Shown: positions 12,847-25,495 of the stretch, one piece after another | Position numbering within the stretch: position 1 is the first letter of the stretch | Layout of the letters: each line of letters starts with the position of its first letter | NCBI GenBank assembly: GCA_964016885.1 | Contig: OZ024743.1 | Location: 349,990,001 to 350,054,000 of the forward strand | DNA length: 64,000 nucleotides | Reading direction: 5' to 3' | Source of the DNA: Eledone cirrhosa | Taxonomy: Eukaryota | Notes under the pieces: model-generated | Database searches by the model: none | Told to the model about the DNA's origin: nothing | Seen by the model: the letters and a program-made list of their open reading frames with translations, nothing else | Position numbers and translations under genes: made by a program

Positions 12847-12849
<3 letters not shown>
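11427..12849 (+). mobile_element. Penelope/Poseidon-like fragment with 454-bp inverted arms
   Basis: Arms 11427-11880 and 12354-12807 are nearly identical. Central GIY-YIG C-terminus YYIGSTIRPLHIRIKEH..IKEALFIKRLQPQINN (to 12148). Tail 12808-12849. (TA)n on both sides. Confidence 0.85.
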
Positions 12850-12908
<59 letters not shown>

Positions 12909-12994
12909 TGTTCGTGGGAAGAAATAAGAGGAAAAGCGCTCAATCTAGTGTAAGGGAGATGATTAATTATTTATTATTCAATACCATTATTAAT

Positions 12995-13105
12995 ATTCCC
13001 GCCGAGGTTAACTTTGCCTTTCAGCCTTACAGGGTCGATAAAATAAAGTACCAGTAATACACTGGAATAATTGCTGGCATTGTGCCAAAAGTAGAAACAA
13101 TGATT
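12995..13105 (+). repeat. SINE 3' fragment (same family as 24948, 31858, 47140)
   Basis: ccgccgaggttaactttgcctttca..gggtcgataaaataaagtaccagt motif repeated many times in the window. Confidence 0.65.
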
Positions 13106-13299
13106 AATATTATAATTATTGTTATAATATTTTAAAGAGTCAGGTTTATTTAGAACACTTACACATATACAGTGGAAAATAAGTATATACATAAGCACCG
13201 AGTCCAACTATATGGAAGCACACTCCCACTGTCACTGCCCCCGTCGTTCCCGCTCTCCCCGAAGCCGGGCGCCGCCTTTTGAATACAATTTTTGCACTC

Positions 13300-15345
13300 A
13301 TCAACAGATGCCCTTGACCCTTATGCGTGAGGCACTTCTTTTCAGCCAGCCTGATCGCTCTCAGGAAGAAAGAGGGTGGCTACATACGCCCCGTCGCTGT
13401 GGGCAATGTCTTACGCAGGTTGGGTTCTAAGGTGATCTGCCTGTCCATCACAACTGAACTGCGTGAGGATCTCATCCCGGGACAACTAGGGCTAGGCGTA
13501 TCAGGGGTGTGTGAAGGGGCCGAACATCCAGCTAGGCAGTTCTTCATCAGCTGCTCACCGGAACCAGCGTCGAGAGAAGCCAGGCACCTCATTGGTAAGC
13601 TTGACATAGGGAATGCCTTTAACTACCTACGCCGTGACCATTTCTCGAGGTCGCCCTCAGCCGAGCCCCCTCTGCCTACCCGCTGGCCTACCTGCCGTAT
13701 GGAGTTTAGAGCATGCTCCTTGCTACTGACACGGTCGTACCTACAGCCACTGGAGTTTAACAGGGGCGCCCAAAGGGCCCCCTCCTCTTTGCTCTTGGTA
13801 TAGACCACATTGCTCGGAATATCACGGCCCCTTTCAACATTTGGTACCTGGATGATGCTACGTTGGACGGGACCGTGGAGACAGTCTGCCATGACCTGCG
13901 ATCGGTGGTTCCTGCTCTGGCGCGAATCGGCCTCGAGATCTAATCGTCCAAGTCGGCGGTGGTGAATATTAAAACGACGCCGAGGGCTTCACAGCCCCAG
14001 TCTCTGACGTGCGATCCATTCTCTGCCAGGTGCAGGTGCCCTCAAAAGAGGATATCCTCATCCTCGAGTCACCGATCCTCCTATTCGCCACCCACTTTAC
14101 CCTCAGATTCAAAATCTCATTACTCTCACAAGCATACAGGGCATGATTGACGCCCATCCAGCCATCTTCTTTTGAAGAACTTCTTCGCCATGCCGAAGTT
14201 CCTCTACACATTTCGTAGCTCTCCCTGCTAGACACACTGGCCTCAATACTTTTATCCGAGTGGCAGCTGAGGAGATATGCAACGTAAAGTGTGACGAGTT
14301 TGGATGGCAACAGGCCACCTTACCTGTTAGAAACGGTGGCCTTGCTCTCCGTCTCCGGTCTAGCTGTCTTCGCTGGCGTTTCTTTCAACGGTAAGGTCTT
14401 GCAGTGTCCTCTTCAACAGGGCTCTCCAAAACATAACGGAATCTGTGATCGAGGAACATGAGGCCATCTATGCGACTTGGAACCGGCTTGGACTCCGCCC
14501 AGTAGTTATCCCTCCTCCTCTTCCTCCAATAGACGTCAAATCGTCCCAGAGCACATAGGATGCCATCCAGTGCGACATGGACTCGGATAGGCTATCACGC
14601 CAGAGTGACTGTCAACACCTCGCATGTTTTCGCTCGGTTTCCTGAGCCCACAGCGATGCCTGGCTCAATGCCTTACCCTCCTGTTTTCGACTGGCACGCA
14701 GCTGGATAACGATAGCCTACGAATCGGGGTGTCCCCGAGCCTCGGTCTCCGGATCTGCGAGCTACACAAATGAAGTCGCGGATCAGCTACAGACTCTTTC
14801 GATCTCCACCCGCTGTCCTGTTGCTACACTGTCGGTCATCATCCACGCGATGCTTCTCTCAACGAGGTCATAAAGCGTGGTTTGGAAGCTGCAGGCTTCC
14901 TGTCCTAGCTCAAGCCGGCGCGGCGGCACCGCGGGACAGCTAAAGGCCAGATGGCATGACCATCTTCTCGTTTCGCAGTTGTTCAACCCTCATCTGGGAT
15001 GCCACATGCAGCGTCACATTCTCCATCGGTTACTTGGTGCAGTCTGTGATTAACCCAGGCTTTGCTGCACTTCGGGCCAAGGAGGGTAAACTCTCCAAAT
15101 ATCGGTCGCTCTCCGACAGGTTTGCGATCGAGCCCGTAGCAGTGAAGACTTCTTGTGTTCTTGGCCCTAGAACTACTTCACTACTCACCACTATCGGCAC
15201 AGAGTTAGCGGCCCGCAGGTTTGAGCCTTACGAGCTGGAATGGCTCTTACAGCGCGTTTCCCTCGCCAGCCTCCGGGGAAAACGCCTTCTCTATTCGGTC
15301 CGCCGGTGCCACGAGGCCGCTAGAGCGTGGGCCCCCATTTGATCA
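13300..15345 (+). mobile_element. Degraded CRE-like non-LTR retrotransposon (RT + restriction-like endonuclease)
   Basis: Frameshifted motifs IRPVAVGNVLRRL, QLGLGV, KLDIGNAFN, WYLDDATL, WQQATLPVRNGGL, RPDGMT..LIWDATC, LQRVSLASLRG. Confidence 0.8.
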
Positions 15346-15532
15346 CAATAGTGAGAGATGGGAAGAGCGGGAGATACGGAGGCAGTGACAGTCGGAGTTT
15401 GATTCCATTGTTTTCGAACCTTGTGTATATGTATATATTTATTTACCACACCAATTAACTGTATATTTGAAAGTGTTCTAAATAAACCTGACTCATTATT
15501 TATTAACATTTATTGAGCTACCTTAGCTTTCA

Positions 15533-17094
15533 AGGTCTAGTTATGGTCACAACTGCAGGCGGTACACTGTTTTGCAGAATGCATGAAAGAGCAACATAAA
15601 AACTTAGACCTCCGTTTTGTTAAATTTGTATGCGAGGTTCCGCCATATGGTCGCTTTTGTAGTAAGGGCTATAACTTAGAAAATATTATTGTTTTATTTT
15701 CTAAGGGAGGCAACTCTTTATAAAAACTAGTTACAATAGTGACTCTAAAATCCTAGGAGTCTTTTCAGAGACCCTTGCTGCATTATTCCTGAACCACTAA
15801 TGTTAGAACAATGAAATATTGCATATATATCGACCATTGATAGGCAAATATTTCTGCAACACAAACGTGTTGCTGAGGTCAACATTTTTTCTGATGACAT
15901 CATCAGTTTTATACAGCTGTGTTACAATTTTATACTTTTATAATGTTCCAAATCTTTCCAAACCCACTGAGGCTATGACAATGAAACTTTGCAGGGATAT
16001 AGGTACTGCTTACGAGTACTATCATGTATCTTCTCTTTGCAATGTTTGCTACTAAATGAAACAACAACAATGCAAAGTCAAACATTTTGCAAAATAGAAA
16101 CGACGTAGTTGCCATTGCTACCGATGCCATGCAACTCAGAACACAAACATTAGATTGGTAATTTTGTTTGCCGATATTGTTTCGGTTAAAAAAATTGTAT
16201 AATCTAATTTTGTAACAAGAAAACTCCCAGAAATATCATTTTATACCACCTGTTCAACTTCTGCCGTTTCTTTGGCAAGAGAAAAAATTATTTTCAAAAA
16301 TTAGCTATGCGAGCATTACTTTGAATAAAACTCAGCAAATCTCAGAGAAAAATTGGCTTCCTTGCAAAATTTATCAAACAAATCCCAGGAGAGGGCACGG
16401 AGTGACGCCCCCTACACGAAAGTATAATAGGGTTAAATGGAAATTATTGCGATATGTGTGTACATGTGTGTCTGTGTTTTCAGTATTAGAAACGTGGTAT
16501 AGGTTATGGAGTACAGCTCCAGGGATGTAGAAATAGGTTTTGATGTGATCATGCAGGTATGGAGATCGGTTACCGGCATGTAGAAATAGAAATTGTTCGA
16601 ATTCTGGTGCGCATGGAAAAATATATGAACTCTAAAAATCATCTGTTTAAAGTTTGGGTGCTCATCAACAGCCAACTGCTTTAAATTGGATGTGCCATCC
16701 TCAGAATATCCAGTCAACTGATGTACTACAACTACCATAATTCCGGCAATTTAACCTAGCTACATGCCCGTAATCGTGTTCCGCATTCATATAATTGCAA
16801 CAAATTAACCCATTTGTTCACTCCTATAGCTATTTCCTATAACCTACTCCACGCTCAAATATCGAACACACACCTACATATATACAGATAGCATAAGAAT
16901 ACCCATTTAAACAAAGGTTGCCTCCCTTAGAACACAAATCATCAATGTAACCACACACCCCCACACGACTTTATAACGGAATTTCATTCAAACATATAAC
17001 CGCACCTGAAAACGGAGGTCTAACTTTTTATATTGCTGCATCATAGATTTTTCCCCACAGTGTATAGTTTTGACTTGTGACCATACCTAGATCT
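15533..17094. mobile_element. Non-autonomous DNA transposon with long imperfect TIRs (Kolobok-like)
   Basis: Left aggtctagttatggtcacaa..ttagacctccgtttt versus right aaaacggaggtctaa..ttgtgaccatacctagatct. Inner match ctaagggaggcaac / gttgcctcccttag. Flanks TTCA and TTAA. Confidence 0.6.
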
Positions 17095-17172
17095 TTAAAC
17101 CAACATTAGCATGATACACGTGACGAATATGAATAATTATCAATAGTATATATCACATGCACACACTCATTC

Positions 17173-17242
<70 letters not shown>

Positions 17243-17244
<2 letters not shown>

Positions 17245-17450
17245 CAAAGAAGATGTGGTAAGATACCAGGTGAACCATAACGCACCAGAGTACTCGATAC
17301 TTAGGGTAGTAGAGTGGGTAATAGTAGAAGTTTCAGGACCCCAACGGCTGAGGTCCGGCCGTTTCGACAGCTAGATCCGAGCCAGCAGGCTTAGTTCGGA
17401 TCTAGCTGTCGAAACGACCGGAGCTCAGCCGTCGGGGTCCTGACTCTTTT

Positions 17451-17452
<2 letters not shown>
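17243..17452 (-). mobile_element. Short tailed hairpin element (family shared with 20421)
   Basis: ~75-nt tail, then a near-perfect hairpin ~17333-17442, in (TA)n. Confidence 0.75.
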
Positions 17453-17525
<73 letters not shown>

Positions 17526-17526
<1 letters not shown>

Positions 17527-18521
17527 AATGGAAAAAAATGAAACGAAATTTCATTTCTCACTCACTCTTAGTACGGCTGTTACTTAAATATAAGTATGTA
17601 TACGTACATACATATATGTATACAGACGTACAGCAGTATGTATATATATACATACATGCACACACATATATATATGTACGTATGGATTTACCGAACATTT
17701 ATTATAATGCTCGGTTTGTTTGTAAACAAACATCCCGATTTAAGCCGTACAGTGTTTAGCAACCATCGTTGCCCTTTTGTTCAACACTGGCAAAGGAACG
17801 ATGTACTAGTTTCAAGCTTATTAGCTATAGTCAGCAACGTATACCTTCCTGCCAGATAATTGAACGTCTGAAAGTATATACTTTCCTTATGCATATTAAC
17901 GGCTGAGCAGCCTAATTTGCAAATCGAGTGAGTTAATCGGCCGGGCGCACCGAAAACGATAAATGGAAAAAAATGAAACGAAATTTCATTTCTCACTCAC
18001 TCTAAGTACGGCTGTTACTTAAATATAACTATGTATACGTACATACATATATGTATACAGACGTACAGTAGTATGTATATATATATACATATATGCACAC
18101 ACATATATATATATATGAACGTATGGATTCACCGAACATTTATTATAATGCTCGGTTTGTTTGTAAACAAACATCCCGAATTAAGCCGTACAGTGTTTAG
18201 CAACCATTGTTGCCTTTTTGTTCAACACTGGCAATTTTCTTTCATTTTTTTCCATTTATCGTTTTCGGTGAACCCGGCCGATTAACTCACTCGATATGCA
18301 AATTAGGCTGCTCAGGCGTTAATATGCATAAGGAAAGTATATACTTTCAGACGTTCAATCATGTGGCAGGAAGGTATACGGTGCTGACGATAGCTAATAA
18401 GCTTGAAACTAGTACATCGTTCCTTTGCCAGTGTTGAACAAAAGGGAAACGATGGTTGCTAAACACTGTACGGCTTAATTCGGGATGTTTGTTTACAAAC
18501 AAACCGAGCATTATAATAAAT
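17526..18521. mobile_element. ORF-less hammerhead element: ~1.6 tandem ~435-bp units (minus) plus a 285-bp inverted copy (plus); retrozyme-like
   Basis: 17526 repeats at 17961. 18235-18521 is the reverse complement of ~17697-17980. HHRs at 17793-17847(-) and 18371-18425(+). Confidence 0.8.
18371..18425 (+). ncRNA. Minimal type I hammerhead ribozyme
   Basis: ACGGTG-CTGACGA-T-AGCT-AATA-AGCT-T-GAAA-CTAG-TA-CATCGT. Intact core, stems I and II, palindromic stem III, GUA cleavage triplet. Confidence 0.8.
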
Positions 18522-18859
18522 TTAATGGAAAAATAAAAAATAAAGGGAAGTAATTTATATAAGACATTTATTTAGCATGTCAAGATGTAACGATTTAAAA
18601 AAAATATTTAGTGCTAATGATTATAGAACTAAAGAATTGTTTTAAAAAATAATATATTTGCAAAATACAGATTAAAAAATGTATCAACGTATAATAAAAT
18701 ACTATGTATTATTAAAAAAAATTACATACATAATATGTTAAATATCATTAAAGTATAAAGAATCATACTAGTTAATTATTTAATAAATTATATACGTATT
18801 GAAAAGATACTACTAAAAAATTAGTGAGGCAATGGTTAATATATAGTATATATGTATAG

Positions 18860-19240
18860 TATATATGGATGCTGTGGTTAGGGCGAGAGCCACAGCTTCC
18901 GCAGCCGAGCGGGGTAAGACCTTCAAATACTGTGAACTGTCGGTTAGCTACATTTTTCAGTTTGTGGCTTTCGAGACGTTTGGGGGAGTCGACTTGTTGA
19001 CTGCGAGTTTCCTCTCTTCACTGGTGGTTCGCTTAATAGAGCTAACTGGCGAATCTCGCGAGGGCGCTTGGTTGTTCCAGCGCATAAACCTCGCCATCAC
19101 CCGAGGCAACGCTGCGAGTGTGCTGGCTTGCCTCAAAAATCATTAGAGATGTTGCCCAGTACTCTTCGCGACGCTGCTGTCTTTTGCTTTGGTGTTGGCT
19201 CTGTTGTTCACCCCTTCTTTTACATTTTCTGTAATATTGC
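18860..19240 (+). mobile_element. 3' fragment of a second CRE-like element
   Basis: AERGKTFKY..VAFETFG..WLFQRINLAITRGNAASVL resembles the C-terminus of the 13300-15345 element. Confidence 0.7.
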
Positions 19241-19559
19241 AACATTAAAGGAATATATCCTTCTGAAAGAATCGCGAGAAATTTATAATGTTATCTAAGC
19301 ATTTAGCAAAAATAGATACGAATATAAGTGGGACTTATTAAAAATAATATAATAAAATAATGATAAGATGCCTAAATATGAAGGGGTGGTTATAATAAAT
19401 TGTAATCATAATAGAAGAGATCAGAAGGGAGGTATAAGAAGAATGTAATGATACTAATGTTACTAAAAAAAATAAAGTGTATATTATTTACTAGGTCTAA
19501 AATAGTAAAAAGACTGGTGATTAATATAAGGACAAGTGGGAAACATCTGTACCGTTCCA

Positions 19560-19925
19560 TTTTTTGTTACGCCCAGTCGTTGCCTATTAACCTGAGTGTG
19601 TCCCATTATATTTCTGATCTTAAGGACTTCTTTTGCTGCATCTCACGCTATTTTCTGTCTGTCTTAAGCTTGGGCCGGATTGACCTCACAACCTTGTCTT
19701 CCGAATATTCAAGCATGGCCAGGAGCCTTGCATTGTACGTCACAACGATGGATTTGAGGGCTAGCATCAGCTTGGCCTGACAACAGTGGAGTCCATCATC
19801 AGTGTGACCTGGTGGAACACCAAGCCACTTCCTTATGTATTTGTTGATTTTGGCCTCCATGGCCTCCACCGTACTAGAGCTGGTATCGTATATCAATAGA
19901 CACCAGAGAAGCCACATTGATATAT
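19560..19925 (-). mobile_element. Non-LTR RT thumb remnant (HERO/NeSL-like)
   Basis: STVEAMEAKINKYIRKWLGVPP..SEDKVVR. Confidence 0.55.
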
Positions 19926-20065
19926 GACCTGTAGACCTTTTTCCACTATATGCTTGGTTTCGGCGCTCCTTTTCATATCTTTCAGGGTGTCGTTATACCA
20001 CCTTCCGAAACTTTTGACTGGTTTCTCAGTACTAAGTACTTTTTTCACTCACCCGTCAACTACAT

Positions 20066-20112
<47 letters not shown>

Positions 20113-20352
20113 AAAAATGGAGTGCGGCGTGGTTGCACATGGGTTACATATGAATAAAATTAGTCGTTCATCAGTGATCTTCCAACCTTCATTGGTATTT
20201 CATCGCTTTAAAAATCATATACCTCTGGTTGGTGCGAGCAATAACTAAATAAAGTTATTGGGACAAGTAAAATAGCATGAAGCGAGCGAGACATGTAAAC
20301 AAACAAAGATGGTATTGCAACGGAAAGATAGGAAGAGACAAGTATATATATG

Positions 20353-21254
<902 letters not shown>

Positions 21255-21474
21255 AATATTAAACAAATAATGAACAAACAATTCCTTATATTAAACAAAA
21301 AAAGTTCACTATTTAACGATCGTTTCTAGGGTATATATGTGTTATAATTGGTATGCATATTTAACAGATCTATGTACAAAATTATACAAAATTATACAAA
21401 TTATCAAGATTAAATATACATATTGAGTTCTTCATACGGATTGGACACTACCGTAAACTCTTGGTAGATTTATC

Positions 21475-21524
<50 letters not shown>

Positions 21525-21913
21525 TGACGGCTGAGTGAAAAAAGTACTTAGTACTAAGAAACCAGTCAAAAGTTTCGGAAGGTGGTATAGTATATTGCCA
21601 AATATACTATACATACATTCATGTATACATCGCTATTCAGAGCACCAATCCTAATACAGAATCATATACATATACACTAGTGTGTGTGCATGTGTGTGTA
21701 TTTTTTAAATACATTAAGTACATAGTACTTTGTAGCATTTTGTGTTTTGATCCCAAGCATTGATTCTAGAGTATAGATGCATAAGTCACATACGCTCATA
21801 TTCATTATATTTATATATACGTCTTAAAATCACCAATATCGCATTTACGTGTATGTATCACCAATTTTGTCAATACAAAGTGAATAATTTTAAAACTTGT
21901 TTGCAATTTTCAG

Positions 21914-22058
21914 AAAGCAGCATTAACATTTTAATGCGTGAAGCTCTGGACAAGATTCCTTCAATGGTATTCTCTTATGTTCTTGAGAAATGGCGGTGGC
22001 TTGTCTACCAAGGAGATATCACTTCTGATAACTATACACAAACATGGTGGAAAATGAG
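21914..22058 (+). CDS. ACE: ACE-like exon (ESSINILMREALDKIP...TWWKMR)
   Basis: ttttcag/ acceptor, /gtaatg donor, 145 nt, phase-compatible with the previous exon. ACE-like INFLMK.ALDKI..WRW..WW..R pattern. Confidence 0.93.
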
Positions 22059-22164
22059 GTAATGACATATTCTGTTTGGTCTAAGTAAATTTGTAAATTA
22101 TACAATAATTTGGGAGATAGGAAGTCTACATTATATAACTGTAGATTTCATAATAATAGTGTGA

Positions 22165-22335
22165 TCACCAATAGCTGGATTTGAAACAAGCTGACAGAAT
22201 TCTAAGGATGTCAGATAAAATGCCTTATGTTATTTGTTCCGGCTCTCTGGGCTCCAAATTCAAATCTAGCCGAGAACAACTTTGTCTTTTATGCTTTTGT
22301 AGTCGATAAATGAATTTCTAGTCCAGTTATAAGGT
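22165..22335 (+). repeat. Degraded tRNA-type SINE
   Basis: ttcaaatctagccgagaacaactttgtctttt..gtcgataaat variant of the recurrent SINE body. Confidence 0.5.
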
Positions 22336-23156
22336 CGTTTTTTTTTCTTCTATCTCTCTCCATCTCTCTTTCCGCCTCATTTTAAAATAAACTGATAGTT
22401 ATTGTTTACATATTCTCTAATTAAGGCGGCAGTTACTTAAATGTCATGACTAAATAATAACCAGTTCGCATTACGGTCCTACTTTGTCGATAACCGGGTA
22501 TGCCAATTTTGCAGCCCATCATAAATTTTCAATACACTTTCGACGTGTTAAGTTTGATCCAGGAGCAGTAAAATTAACAAAAAACAGCCATAGAAACCGG
22601 AGATATTTAATATTTCCACTACAAAGTCATGACTAGTATTGTTTTTAGCTTCAATAATATTGACAATAGCAATAGAAGAAAATAGGTATGATAGTTATGC
22701 ATAAGAATTGTGTTGATTAACCCCAATCCAAATGTGCTTCATCCATGACCACGCTTTATCGTTAGGAATAGGTAGGTATATTTTGTCTAATTTGTCTTCA
22801 TTTATAGAGATTCGATGAAGATTTAGACTCCAATTATCAACAGATTGAACCCTCTGGTAGAACTAAAATCCTGTCAACATACATTTCAAAGATCTCAGAC
22901 AGATGAGCCATGGAAATAATTCCACGGGGAAGGGCGCGTATTCAACATAAAAATGTTATGAATTTAACCTAATTTTGTATATTAACGTCCCTCAGACCTA
23001 GTGCCCTGCTAACTTTCGATATAACATTTTTAACTGAAATTTACTGCAGATTGTTTCAGAGGATAATGTTCCTGTTTCCTCTTTGGGATTAAATTTGTTT
23101 TATCCCTAGTCTAGAATTTGCTGCCGAAACGTCAAGAGCTCGGCCGTCCGGTCCAG

Positions 23157-23286
<130 letters not shown>

Positions 23287-23718
23287 TCTCCCTCCCATTC
23301 TCTCATGTACAAATGTACAAAATCTCGAACGCAGGAAAATTGCCGTGGACACAGTTTTAAAAAATCAGGTGAAATATCTCTGTAGACGGAAAATATCGAA
23401 ATAGGTACCCCTCAAATTCCGGTTGTGCGCGCTGTATCGTTGAGTTAAAGCATACCTGACAATAGTTCTCGTCGTTTAAGGCGCTAATATTAGCTTTTCA
23501 AGCGCAATTGTCCGGCAAATAAATGTGGGCTCGACTCCCATTTGTCTTGATGCCCATCATTTTAAGTTCAGAACGTTTATATGCTTCGTATTTATTAGGC
23601 TATTATATTTTCTCAAAGTTACCGCGAAATCTTCTAATTTAATTTTCAAATTCAGTTCGTCGCTGTTCTCTAAATATACACACACACTCTCTCTCTATCT
23701 ATCTTTCTTTCTCTCTTT

Positions 23719-23783
<65 letters not shown>

Positions 23784-23913
23784 GAGGTAATATTTAATTT
23801 GTTGGGATTCAACAAGCTTAAACATTTTTATAAAATTTACCTTGGTCGCCCTTGAAATATATATAATAAAATAAATATGGTTTTATTAATATAGTTTCCA
23901 TTTATTAATATAT

Positions 23914-23984
<71 letters not shown>

Positions 23985-24196
23985 ATATATGTGTATATGT
24001 AGGACCCCAAGTTGTTTCCAGATGTGTTACAATTTTGTAATTTCATAATGTTCATCCGGGAGTAACCACAGTTCAAAAAGGAATCAATACGTTGGTGTAG
24101 AGTATAAGCATCTAATACATAAATGACATCTGTAAGTCTAGAAATGTTTCATTTGTATGAAATCATTAGAAATGTCAGATAAATTTGGTATAAATA

Positions 24197-24234
<38 letters not shown>

Positions 24235-24580
24235 AGTGGGTTCCTTGTTCAATCATCTTACCAGAAGCCTAACATTATTTATGCAAGGGGACAGTACTTG
24301 ATTTAGGAGCCGCAGAAACCCAAATACTGGATTTAACCAACCTTCCAGGGGTCCGGGTAAATTTTCAATCACAGATATTTTTTATTTGTTCGACCTGAAT
24401 CACTTGATCGTTTTTTTTTGGCTATTCGAATGATTGTTTAACCATCGTCTCAGTGTGTTTTGCCTTTAACGTTTGTTATAGCTCTGGTTCATCTGAATCA
24501 TTGAGCACTTGCCACACATCTCGGGGGTTGTTTTTCGTTATTTCGTGGGGCGAAATGCGATTCTCGATAATTTATGTTTG

Positions 24581-24626
<46 letters not shown>

Positions 24627-24778
24627 GATAGAAATAACGATATCAGTAGAATTGATCTAGGTTGTGTTGTTCATCTTTGTTTAATGTACAAAAAAGGGAT
24701 ACATTGTTCTGAAAATTTTTCACTGAAAATTCATATATAATTCAGTCACGCTGCTGTAATGATATAATTGTGTTTCAG

Positions 24779-24877
24779 ATATGAATTCCAAGGCATACAT
24801 CCACCATTGGAACGTACCGAGTCAGACTTTGATCCTGGATCCAAATATCATGTTTTAGCTGATATACCATACATCAG
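24779..24877 (+). CDS. ACE: ACE-like exon ([33 protein letters not shown])
   Basis: tgtttcag/ acceptor, /gtaaac donor, 99 nt, in phase. DFDPG.K.H and PYIR motifs. Confidence 0.95.
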
Positions 24878-24947
24878 GTAAACTTCAGAATAGCTTAGTA
24901 AAGATATATGACATTATTATTATCATTATTATTATCATTATTATTAG

Positions 24948-25495
24948 TGGTGGATTGGTGGTATTGGTAGAGCTTCGGACAATCTGCTTTGCGGCATAGA
25001 GTGATGGCCCTGTACGTCCTGAGTTCAAATCCCGTCGAGGTTAGTTTCACTTTTCATCCTTACGGGGTCGATAAAATAAAGCACCAGTAATGCACTAGGG
25101 TCGATTTAATCGACTTTCCCTTCACCCAAAATTGCTGGACTTGTTCCTATAGTAGTAACAATTACCATTGTTAATGAGTTGGTTTTATATTCCGAGTCCA
25201 AATCCCGACGAAGTTGACTTTGCCTTTCATCCAGTTGAGGTCGATGAATAATGCCAGCGAAGAAATGAGGTCGATTCAGTAATTTTTGCCTAAATTGGGA
25301 ATCATTTGCTGCAGTAAATTAGCAAAGTGGTTAGTGCATTGGATAAAATGCTTCACTAAATGTCATTTCGAATCGACACACACACACTATCACAGAAAAT
25401 ATGAACGCTCTGGTTTCAAATCCCCGCTGAGGTCAACTTACCCTTTCAGTCTTAATGGATGAATAAAATAAATTACCAGTAAAGTACTGAGTTCC
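24948..25495 (+). repeat. Cluster of three tRNA-derived SINE copies
   Basis: Repeated gagttcaaatccc..gaggt..actttgcctttcatcc..gtcgataaaataaa..ccagt body, with A-box-like heads. Confidence 0.7.
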
